Of a stretch of 55,426 nucleotides of DNA, positions 26,275-34,134 are shown in pieces. The stretch comes from Candidatus Kaiserbacteria bacterium CG10_big_fil_rev_8_21_14_0_10_49_17 (GTDB lineage: Bacteria; Patescibacteriota; Minisyncoccia; Phycocordibacterales; JABMNX01). The number at the start of each line of letters is the position of its first letter. Position 1 is the stretch's first letter. The translations under genes and the position numbers were made by a program. The stretch is taken from positions 1 through 55,426 of the forward strand of contig PFBJ01000006.1 of the NCBI GenBank assembly GCA_002778575.1. The letters run 5' to 3'. Below the pieces are notes generated by a model. The model did no database searches, was not told the DNA's origin, and worked only from the letters and a program-made list of their open reading frames with translations.

Positions 26275-26739
26275 ATGAATAAAGGAATCTCACTTACACT
26301 TTTCGGCGCTTTGGTGGCGCTCGTGATGCCACTTTCAGCACACGCGGCTCTCGGTTGTGCTCCAGCTCGCACAAGCACATCCGTAGGAGGTGATGTGGCT
26401 CTAGCAGCCACTGGCGGTTTTACCGCGTATAACTGGGTGACAGAAAACGAGACACACCTTAATATCGGGCCAACTTTTGTTGTAGACTTTGACAAACCGG
26501 GGACCCACGTTGTCTACGTAACTAGCCAGCACGAAACCGCGTTTTGTGTGGTTGATGTTTTCGGCTCAGTTGGAAGTTCTGGTAATACATCGGGGAATAC
26601 CGGTACTCCTGGACTTCCAAACACTGGCGGCGGCGGTTCGCTTTTCGTAACATTCGCAACAGCGTTCCTCGTACTCGGCTTCATCGCTCTTTCGGTAACG
26701 TGGGGGCGAAAGACGCTGCGCTCCATCACTCAATCCTAA
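26275..26739 (+). CDS. LPNTG-anchored small surface protein (sortase substrate)
   Basis: Signal peptide ...PLSAHA, then LPNTG at nt 26614..26628, followed by a hydrophobic segment and a WGRK basic tail. Confidence 0.8.
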   Translation: MNKGISLTLFGALVALVMPLSAHAALGCAPARTSTSVGGDVALAATGGFTAYNWVTENETHLNIGPTFVVDFDKPGTHVVYVTSQHETAFCVVDVFGSVGSSGNTSGNTGTPGLPNTGGGGSLFVTFATAFLVLGFIALSVTWGRKTLRSITQS

Positions 26740-26743
26740 CTCT

Positions 26744-27373
26744 ATGTACTGGCCACAGTGGCATACGTTATTTATTGCCTTTTGTATTGCTTCCGTCTTA
26801 ACCGGAGGGCTCGGGCTCGTGGTGCACGCAGGTTCACTTATTCCGTATACGGTTGACGCGCAACTAGCTTCTACATTTTCCGGACTCACTGCACCTCAGG
26901 ATACACACGCAGCTCATGGGGGTGCCACGCCGGTAGTGCCGGCAGTGCTGCGCATTCCAGCACTCGATGTTGAAGCGCGCGTACAGCATGTAGGCCTCCA
27001 CCCGTCCGGGCGCATGGCGGTGCCGAGCAATTACTCTGATGTCGCGTGGTATAAGAGCGGCGCACTTCCAGGCGAGTACGGCAGTGCGGTTATTGCAGGA
27101 CACCTCGATGACAGTCTTGGTTTTCAGGCGGTCTTTGCGCGCCTCGGCGATCTTTCCGTTGGTGATTTGGTGTATGTGGAAGATGTTTTCGGAAATGAGC
27201 GGGTCTTCCGTGTTAAAACGAAAGCGGTGTACAGCACGGACTTTGCTCCAGTTGATAAAATTTTCAATGATACGTCCGGACAGCACCTTACACTCATTAC
27301 TTGTGACGGGGCATGGGACAGTGGCAAGAAAAGCTATGAGCGGCGCTTGGTGGTTTACACGGAAGCGCTCTAA
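26744..27373 (+). CDS. sortase (cysteine transpeptidase)
   Basis: N-terminal TM, AVIAGHLD (His), HLTLITCDG (TLxTC Cys), and the C-terminal Arg region ERRLVVY. Confidence 0.85.
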   Translation: MYWPQWHTLFIAFCIASVLTGGLGLVVHAGSLIPYTVDAQLASTFSGLTAPQDTHAAHGGATPVVPAVLRIPALDVEARVQHVGLHPSGRMAVPSNYSDVAWYKSGALPGEYGSAVIAGHLDDSLGFQAVFARLGDLSVGDLVYVEDVFGNERVFRVKTKAVYSTDFAPVDKIFNDTSGQHLTLITCDGAWDSGKKSYERRLVVYTEAL

Positions 27374-27391
27374 ATACCTATTGCAAAAATA

Positions 27392-27426
27392 GACCTGCCT
27401 GCCGGTAGGCAAGCAGGTCGATTTTT
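27392..27426 (+). terminator. repeat-derived terminator (repeat copy E)
   Basis: gacctgcctgcc-ggta-ggcaagcaggtc followed by gaTTTTT, lying 18 nt after the sortase stop. Confidence 0.75.
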
Positions 27427-27452
27427 GCTTTGGTATAGGCCATTTTTGAGAA

Positions 27453-27461
27453 TGGTATACT
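27453..27461 (+). promoter_or_regulatory. extended -10 box TGGTATACT, 6 nt before the bcp ATG
   Basis: Read directly. No SD is present. Confidence 0.55.
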
Positions 27462-27467
27462 TTCGGT

Positions 27468-27947
27468 ATGAAAAAAACATTGATACCAGGAGTTTCTGCC
27501 CCGGAGTTTCGTCTTCCTGATCAAAACGGTAAAGAGCGCTCTCTTGCTGATTTTAGCGGTAAATGGGTTGTACTGTATTTCTATCCCAAAGACGATACTC
27601 CAGGGTGCACCACTGAGGCAAAAGCATTCAAAGATGCTAATAGGAAATTACAACAACGCGGGGCAGTTGTTGTAGGAATCTCGCCCGACTCTCCTGTGCG
27701 TCACAGTACATTTATTAAAAAGTATGCGCTACCGTTCCTACTTCTTTCTGATGAAAATAAAAAGGTGCTTCGTACCTACGGCGTCTGGAAGAAGAAAAAA
27801 TTTATGGGGCGGGAGTATATGGGAGTATTGCGCGAAACGCTTCTCATTGACCCGAACGGTACCATTGCCAAAGTGTACGAAAAAGTAACGCCTGCCACTC
27901 ACGCCGACGAAATTATTACGGATCTTACTGCACTCCAAAAAACATGA
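27468..27947 (+). CDS. bcp: thiol peroxidase Bcp (peroxiredoxin Q type)
   Basis: VVLYFYPKDDTPGCTTEA. Confidence 0.9.
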   Translation: MKKTLIPGVSAPEFRLPDQNGKERSLADFSGKWVVLYFYPKDDTPGCTTEAKAFKDANRKLQQRGAVVVGISPDSPVRHSTFIKKYALPFLLLSDENKKVLRTYGVWKKKKFMGREYMGVLRETLLIDPNGTIAKVYEKVTPATHADEIITDLTALQKT

Positions 27948-28612
27948 GTCCACAGAAGCGCAGAGTGCGACGGGAGCGAGCGAAGGAAATGATGCGGGTT
28001 TTAAAAAAACTCTACCCGAATCCGGAGACAGAGCTTATCTACTCCAGTAATTGGGAATTGCTCGTTGCGGTTATTCTCTCCGCGCAGTGTACGGATAAGC
28101 GCGTCAATGAAGTAACGAAGACGCTATTTAAAAAATATAAAACGCTCGATGACTACGTTCACGCAAATCGCGAGGAATTCGAGCACGATATTAAACCGAC
28201 CGGCTTCTATCGCAATAAAGCAAAAAATATTCTCAACGCGGCGAAGGTTCTCAAAGAAGAGTTTAACGGGAGACTGCCAAAGACAATCACAGAGATGCTC
28301 ACTATTCCCGGAGTGGCGCGAAAAACTGCCAATGTGGTGCTCGGCAATGCCTACGGCATACACGAGGGTATCGCTGTTGATACGCATGTCAGGCGACTCG
28401 CAATCCGGTTTGACTTAACGGATTACACCGACCCGATTCGTATTGAAAAAGATTTAATGGAAATTATTCCAAAAGAGGAGTGGCCGTATGTAAATCATGC
28501 CATGGTGCTCTACGGGCGCTACATATGTCCGGCCCGTGTGCATGAGTGCGAGAAGCACCCACTGACAAAAATATACCCACGCGCAGTAGACATATGGCCA
28601 AAAGCAAAATAG
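27944..28612 (+). CDS. nth: endonuclease III-like HhH-GPD DNA glycosylase
   Basis: LVAVILSAQCTDKRVN, the HhH segment LTIPGVARKTANVVL, and catalytic-region DTHV. ATGA overlap with bcp. Confidence 0.88.
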   Translation: MSPQKRRVRRERAKEMMRVLKKLYPNPETELIYSSNWELLVAVILSAQCTDKRVNEVTKTLFKKYKTLDDYVHANREEFEHDIKPTGFYRNKAKNILNAAKVLKEEFNGRLPKTITEMLTIPGVARKTANVVLGNAYGIHEGIAVDTHVRRLAIRFDLTDYTDPIRIEKDLMEIIPKEEWPYVNHAMVLYGRYICPARVHECEKHPLTKIYPRAVDIWPKAK

Positions 28613-28621
28613 AAACGCGCC

Positions 28622-28957
28622 TCAACAGTAGAGGCGCGCGTGAGGCGGAAAGAGATGTGCAATTGAGCGAGCGTACGTTGCCTGTTGTAGAACAGCTTCC
28701 ATGGTCTTGCCCTGACGGCACGCCTCGACGGCGAGCAGGTGCACGAATGCTTCGCTCAGTCTCCCTGACGGGAAGCGTGAAGCAAAGGCAGTCAACTCCA
28801 TGCGTTCTTCAAATGGCAGGTGTACGGCGATTTCCTCAAAGACGAGGTCTTGCCGCTCGGGCGGGAAATCCGCAATATGCGCCGCTACCTGTTCAGGGTT
28901 GAATGGACCATGAGAGCCGTGGATGAAAAAGAAAACAGACGCTATCTGCGTGCTCAT
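28622..28957 (-). CDS. hypothetical protein
   Basis: 111 aa from MSTQIASV. The track ORF extends to 29041, but that extension would run through the divergent HAD gene promoter and start. Confidence 0.4.
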   Translation of the reverse strand: MSTQIASVFFFIHGSHGPFNPEQVAAHIADFPPERQDLVFEEIAVHLPFEERMELTAFASRFPSGRLSEAFVHLLAVEACRQGKTMEAVLQQATYARSIAHLFPPHARLYC

Positions 28958-29010
28958 TGCTACCCCCACGTACAGTGAATCTGTCGGAATAGTAGCAAAT
29001 AAGAAAGGTG

Positions 29011-29019
29011 TGGCACAAT
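29011..29019 (+). promoter_or_regulatory. extended -10 box TGGCACAAT, 6 nt before the ATG at 29026
   Basis: Read directly. Confidence 0.45.
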
Positions 29020-29025
29020 GGGGGT

Positions 29026-29712
29026 ATGAGAAAGGTGGCAATTTTTGATATTGATGGGACTGTGTTTCGGTCGAGTCTTGCTATTGAGCTTACCGAAGCG
29101 CTCATTGCTGAGGGCATTTTCCCTGAGAGTGCCCGCAAAGAGTACGAAATGCAGTTTAAAAAATGGGCTGACAGGGAGGGGAAGTACCAAGATTACATTG
29201 ATGCCATCGTGAAGGTTTTTATGAAGAATATAAAAGGCGTGCACTACGCAGACTTCTCACGTGTTGCTGAGGCTCTCGTGAGCGAACGCGGCAAGCGCGT
29301 CTATCGCTATACGCGGGATTTGGTAAAGGAGTTGCGCAGAAAGCGGTACTTTGTATTGGCGATATCGCAGTCCCCGAAAACTATTCTTGAAGGATTTTGT
29401 AAAAACATGGGATTTCATAAAGTGTACGGACGCATGTACGAGCTCGGTCCCTCTGATCGTTTTACTGGGAAAATTATTGATGTGCATCTCATTGAAAATA
29501 AGGCAAACATTGTGCGTCGTGCTGTTAAAAAGGAAGGACTTACGCTTACGGGTTCAATCGGAGTGGGCGACACTGAAAGCGACATTGCATTTCTTGAGCT
29601 TGTTGATGAGCCAATTTGCTTCAATCCAAACAGCAAGCTCTACCGGCATGCGAAGCGAAACAATTGGAAAATTATTGTGGAGAGGAAAGACGTTATCTAC
29701 GAATTAGAGTAG
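29026..29712 (+). CDS. HAD-IB family hydrolase (phosphoserine phosphatase-like)
   Basis: VAIFDIDGTV, ISQSP and GVGDTESD motifs. Confidence 0.8.
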   Translation: MRKVAIFDIDGTVFRSSLAIELTEALIAEGIFPESARKEYEMQFKKWADREGKYQDYIDAIVKVFMKNIKGVHYADFSRVAEALVSERGKRVYRYTRDLVKELRRKRYFVLAISQSPKTILEGFCKNMGFHKVYGRMYELGPSDRFTGKIIDVHLIENKANIVRRAVKKEGLTLTGSIGVGDTESDIAFLELVDEPICFNPNSKLYRHAKRNNWKIIVERKDVIYELE

Positions 29713-29882
29713 GTTTTCCACATTTCAGGCTCTTTGAGAGATGCGGTACAATAGTGCCTGGCGCGCTTGTTCTTCAACTGCTTTTAGCCCCGAGTGTGGG
29801 GTAGCAAAATATTTTGGCAGCAAAAAAGCTCCCCCGTAGGGGAGTTTTGCTGTATGTGCCGTATTCAAGTAGACTAGAGCCA

Positions 29883-30125
29883 ATGGAAAAACAGCTATAT
29901 CGATCTCGCGAGAAGCGCATCGTCTCCGGAGTCTTGGGAGGATTAGGAGAGTATCTCGGAGTGGACCCGAATGTACTGCGGCTCGTTTGGGTTTTCATCA
30001 CGATTTTCAGCGGTCTTATTCCGGGTATTGTCGTTTACCTCTTGGCTATTGTGCTGATTCCGCTTGCTCCAGAACACCCTCGATCAATACAGGCACGTGT
30101 CATAGAAATGGGAGGGCGTCGATAA
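29883..30125 (+). CDS. PspC-domain membrane protein
   Basis: LYRSREKRIVSGVLGGLGEYLGVDPNVLRLVWV. TAGACT lies 7 nt upstream of the ATG. Confidence 0.8.
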   Translation: MEKQLYRSREKRIVSGVLGGLGEYLGVDPNVLRLVWVFITIFSGLIPGIVVYLLAIVLIPLAPEHPRSIQARVIEMGGRR

Positions 30126-30934
30126 TGAACAGCACTGAACGCGCATTTCGTAAAACAGTATACGCGTACTACAGGGAGCATAAACGGGTATTGCCGTGGC
30201 GTGTTTCAGTTACACCGTATAAAGTGCTCGTCTCTGAAGTTATGCTTCAGCAGACGCAGGCTGAAAGAGTAGTGCCGAAGTTTCGGGAATTTCTCCGTAC
30301 GTTTCCATCTCTTGCGTCTCTTGGCGCAGCTCCGCTCTCGCACGTGCTCTCCTGTTGGAGCGGACTTGGCTACAACAGGCGCGCTCGTTTTTTGCATGAG
30401 TCTGCAAAAATTATTGCTACACAGCACAACGGGTGGGTGCCGCGCAGTGTCGCTGAGTTAGAAAAGCTTCCTGGTATCGGCGCGTACAGCGCTCGGGCAA
30501 TTGCGGCCTTTGCGTATAATGAGGCCCACCCATTCATTGAGACAAATATCCGAGCGGTGTATATCCACCACTTTTTCCCGAAGAAGAAAGTAATTGCAGA
30601 CAGCGAATTATTACCAATCATTAAACGGACACTTGATACAAAAAACCCGCGGGAGTGGTACGCGGCACTTATGGATTACGGGGCATACCTAAAGAAGGAA
30701 CAGGGTAATCCATCTCGTCGCTCGCAAACGCATACGAGGCAGAGTGCTTTTAAAGGCTCTCGTAGGGAATTGCGAGGGCACCTCTTGAAGGAGTTGTTAA
30801 AAAAACCGGCAACAGTAAAGCGTCTCTCTAAAGAGATGCATCGAAGCGAAAAAGAAATCGCAGAAGCACTTGCTGTGCTAGCGCGCGATGGTCTTATTGT
30901 GCAAAAGGGTCTCTCGTTCTCTGTCTCGTCGTGA
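30125..30934 (+). CDS. MutY-like HhH-GPD adenine glycosylase, short cluster-less form with a winged-helix-like C-terminus
   Basis: LPWR...YKVLVSEVMLQQTQAERV, HhH LEKLPGIGAYSARAIAAFA. TAATG overlap with the PspC gene. Only one Cys in the whole protein. Confidence 0.75.
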   Translation: MNSTERAFRKTVYAYYREHKRVLPWRVSVTPYKVLVSEVMLQQTQAERVVPKFREFLRTFPSLASLGAAPLSHVLSCWSGLGYNRRARFLHESAKIIATQHNGWVPRSVAELEKLPGIGAYSARAIAAFAYNEAHPFIETNIRAVYIHHFFPKKKVIADSELLPIIKRTLDTKNPREWYAALMDYGAYLKKEQGNPSRRSQTHTRQSAFKGSRRELRGHLLKELLKKPATVKRLSKEMHRSEKEIAEALAVLARDGLIVQKGLSFSVSS

Positions 30935-32113
30935 ACAAGAATCTCGCAACAGTGGAGTGATAATAAGGCCAATAAGCATACAGAGCGCAAGGATAATGAA
31001 AAGGTAGCGGAACTCGACAATGGAGAGCGAGAGTGCTCCCAGGAGCGCTGCTGCAACGTATCCTGCAGGACGGGTGAGGCGGAAGATGGCGATGTTGTCT
31101 GAATCGTCTCCGTCAATATGTTTGAAGAAGTAGCTCTCAGTCATAATCTCAACAGCACTCGCGCCCACGCGAGTGATAAAAAGTACGATAGCCCACACGA
31201 TAAATGCAGAGCTTGTAATAAATGAAAGGAGTGCGGTTGAAAGCGCCAGTATTGCAAAACCGACAAAAAGAATTTCCTTCTCTCCGGTGTATGCGTCAGC
31301 AATTTTACCAAGCGGCAATTCAAAGAGCGCAAATGGGAGAAGCATAATTGCAAGGAGCATTCCAATATCTTCAAATGAAAATCCTACAACATTGTGAAGG
31401 TACAGCGGTGTATAGATAACCATAAATGCAAAAAAGATCCGTAGGAGGAAGTGAAGCATGTAGATATTGCGCACGTCTCTATTTGCTTTCGCTTCTGCTA
31501 ATACTGACTTGATATGAATCTCCTCATAGTGTGGGTCTCTGAAATGACGAAATGAAAAATACATAATGAGAGTAAACGGCAGCAGTAGTGCTGCGGCAAG
31601 GGCGTAGAGCGCCTCAAACGGGTAGTTGGTAAGGAGTGCTCCGGCAAAGAGAGGGGCAATCACAAGAGCGGTGTTTGTCGTGGTGAGAAATGCCCCTCGA
31701 ATTTCTCCCGTCCGTCCTTCTTTTTGGGTCAGATTTTCAAGGAATACATCAAGCAGGAAGACAATAAGAGGAAATGAAGTGATGTAGTATACAAAAAATA
31801 CAAAGGTAAACGGCGCAAACGCAGGGATAGAGAGGCATATGAGTGTCAGTGCCTGGAAGAAAGAAAGGATAAGGATTGAGCGATACGCACCGAGGAGACG
31901 CAGCACCCGCGGAAAGGCAATTAGTGCTCCGAGAGAAATAAGAGATCCGAAGAGGTACATGTCGCTTACATCACCCTCGGTAAGACCGCGTGCGCCGAGA
32001 AAACTTGAATTGAAGTATGTCGTAAAGAAAATGTGAAATGCAAAAACAAAGTTTGCAATATACAAAAATCCAAAACTTGCTTTGTGCCGTAGCGGCGCAA
32101 GGATAAAGCGCAT
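30878..32113 (-). CDS. MFS transporter
   Basis: About 12 TM segments. Start at MRFILAP is supported by TGCTACACT (32122..32130, minus strand) 8 nt upstream. The 3' end overlaps the MutY-like gene by 57 nt. Confidence 0.75.
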   Translation of the reverse strand: MRFILAPLRHKASFGFLYIANFVFAFHIFFTTYFNSSFLGARGLTEGDVSDMYLFGSLISLGALIAFPRVLRLLGAYRSILILSFFQALTLICLSIPAFAPFTFVFFVYYITSFPLIVFLLDVFLENLTQKEGRTGEIRGAFLTTTNTALVIAPLFAGALLTNYPFEALYALAAALLLPFTLIMYFSFRHFRDPHYEEIHIKSVLAEAKANRDVRNIYMLHFLLRIFFAFMVIYTPLYLHNVVGFSFEDIGMLLAIMLLPFALFELPLGKIADAYTGEKEILFVGFAILALSTALLSFITSSAFIVWAIVLFITRVGASAVEIMTESYFFKHIDGDDSDNIAIFRLTRPAGYVAAALLGALSLSIVEFRYLFIILALCMLIGLIITPLLRDSCSRRDRERETLLHNKTIAR

Positions 32114-32121
32114 ATGTTTAC

Positions 32122-32130
32122 AGTGTAGCA
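32122..32130 (-). promoter_or_regulatory. extended -10 box TGCTACACT, 8 nt before the ATG at 32113
   Basis: The reverse complement of agtgtagca was read directly. Confidence 0.5.
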
Positions 32131-32186
32131 ACCGCGCAATAAAAAACGAAAGACCAAAACGTGTTCGGCCTCCCGTTTTTTATTTG

Positions 32187-34094
32187 CTAAACACCAACGA
32201 TAACGGGAATCACGATTGGATGTTTGTTTGTCTTCTGAAAGAGAAATGCGGCAGTTGCGTCAGTGAGGTTGTCTTTCACATAGTCGATATTGATCGGGTA
32301 CATTCCCTTTGTCGTGTCTTCGACATTTTTCTTTATAAGGAGGCGGACTTGCTGGAGAAGGTCTTGCGATTCTCGCAGGTACACAAAACCGCGTGAGATA
32401 ATGTCGGGCGATTTACGCAACTTACCGGTTTTGAGGTTAAGTGTAATGATAACCACGAACATGCCGTCTTGCGCCAGCGACTTGCGATCGCGGATAACAA
32501 CATCCTGTACATCGCCGATAGAGAAGCCGTCAACCATCATCGGAGACGACGGCGCTTTTTCTTTAAGGACAGTCATTGTCTCTCCGTTTTTTATGTCGAC
32601 AATTGTGCCATTGTCGGGGACGACAATATTCTTTTCAGGGAACCCCGCTTCAATTTGTGCGGTCGCGTGACAGCGAAGCATTGAGTGGTAGCCGTAGCCA
32701 GGCATAAAGAATTTCGGTTTTACTTGCTCGCGAATCCACACCAACTCTCCCGTATTGCCGTGTCCGGTTGAATGGACATCACTCGCGCGGTAGTGGATAA
32801 CTTTTCCTGCGTGCCGGTAGAGGTTGTCTTTAAGCCTTTGCACTGAAACCTCATTTCCTGGAATGACAGACGAGGAGAGGACGATGGTATCTCGGCGATT
32901 CAGTTTTATGAAGCGGTGATTGTTGGTTGCGATACGCGAAAGTGCCGCAAACTCTTCTCCTTGGGCTCCAGTTGCAAGGATGACAATTTTGTCTGGCGGG
33001 CAGTCACTCATTTCTTGGGCGGAAATAAGTGTTCCTTTTTTAGGTTTGAGACGGTTTGCTTTCTCTGCAATCTCAAGGTTTGTTCGGATCGAGCGGCCTT
33101 CCGTGGCTACTTTTTTGCCAAGTTTCTCACACACCTCGATAATTTTAATCATTCGTTCAAACTGGGATGCAAAGGTTCCAATAATAAGACGTCCTTTCGT
33201 ATTGCGGATGATTTCTTCAAGCGTATCGTAAACGCGCTGCTCCGGAATAGAGAAGCCGTCTTTCTCGGCATTGGTTGAATCGGCAATAAGGATAAGATTT
33301 TTCTCTTTGCCCAATCTCCCGAAATTCTCTTCTTCCTTTTTTGATGGTTTCCCGTCTACGTGGTCAAGTTTCAGGTCTCCTGAAAGAAGGACATTGCCGT
33401 GTTTTGTTTCAAGAATAACGCCGGTTGAGTCTGGAATGGAGTGCGTAACCGGAAATGTACGCAGCTTAATTGAGCCGAGGGTAACCGGTACGTGCGAGTC
33501 AAGCACTTTAATATCGGCTCCCTTCATGTGCGGGAACTCCTCGTTGCGTTTTTTAATCATAATTGCTGTCAACTCGCTCGTGTAAATTGGCGGGTTGCCG
33601 ATTCTATCCATGATGTATGGAATGCCGCCGATGTGGTCGAGGTGGCCGTGCGTAATGATAACCGCACGCAGTTTTTCTTTCCGCTCTTCGATGTAGCGAG
33701 TGTTCGGAAGAATGTAATCAACTCCCGGGGCATCTTCGGCAACAAATTGAAAACCGACATCAATAACAACCATGTCTTCCGCGGTCTCAACGAGTGCCAT
33801 GTTGCGTCCCACTTCCTCAACACCTCCCAGTGGAATGATGCGGACAGTGTCAGCCTCGACAGGAGGGACGACATCATCCTTTTTCTTTGGAGTGGTATAC
33901 GGGGAAGCGGAAGGCCTCCGCTCGTGAGGTTTGCGAGCGCCTCGACGATTCGCGTTTCGCCCGGATGTTTTGCGGTTAGTGTTTGTGCGTCCGGTCTTGT
34001 TTGGCGCACTGCTTCGTGTGCCGCTTCGCTGTGTTTGCGGCCGCGAAGACGGACGTGTGCCAGCGTGTGCCGGCTGTTTGCGTGGTGGTGTCAT
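32187..34094 (-). CDS. rnj: ribonuclease J with a basic low-complexity N-terminal extension
   Basis: Metallo-beta-lactamase motif ITHGHLDHIGG and beta-CASP colinearity. The first ~75 aa are rich in Arg, Thr, Ser, Pro and Asn. Confidence 0.92.
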   Translation of the reverse strand: MTPPRKQPAHAGTRPSSRPQTQRSGTRSSAPNKTGRTNTNRKTSGRNANRRGARKPHERRPSASPYTTPKKKDDVVPPVEADTVRIIPLGGVEEVGRNMALVETAEDMVVIDVGFQFVAEDAPGVDYILPNTRYIEERKEKLRAVIITHGHLDHIGGIPYIMDRIGNPPIYTSELTAIMIKKRNEEFPHMKGADIKVLDSHVPVTLGSIKLRTFPVTHSIPDSTGVILETKHGNVLLSGDLKLDHVDGKPSKKEEENFGRLGKEKNLILIADSTNAEKDGFSIPEQRVYDTLEEIIRNTKGRLIIGTFASQFERMIKIIEVCEKLGKKVATEGRSIRTNLEIAEKANRLKPKKGTLISAQEMSDCPPDKIVILATGAQGEEFAALSRIATNNHRFIKLNRRDTIVLSSSVIPGNEVSVQRLKDNLYRHAGKVIHYRASDVHSTGHGNTGELVWIREQVKPKFFMPGYGYHSMLRCHATAQIEAGFPEKNIVVPDNGTIVDIKNGETMTVLKEKAPSSPMMVDGFSIGDVQDVVIRDRKSLAQDGMFVVIITLNLKTGKLRKSPDIISRGFVYLRESQDLLQQVRLLIKKNVEDTTKGMYPINIDYVKDNLTDATAAFLFQKTNKHPIVIPVIVGV

Positions 34095-34134
34095 AGTGTG
34101 TAACTGAAAAAACGATTAATTATTTTTTTAATTT

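Noticed and set aside
30878-30934. 57-nt convergent overlap of the MutY-like and MFS gene 3' ends
   Set aside because: It is seen in the sequence, but both C-termini are low-information tails. It is probably an incidental overlap in a compact genome rather than a regulatory feature.
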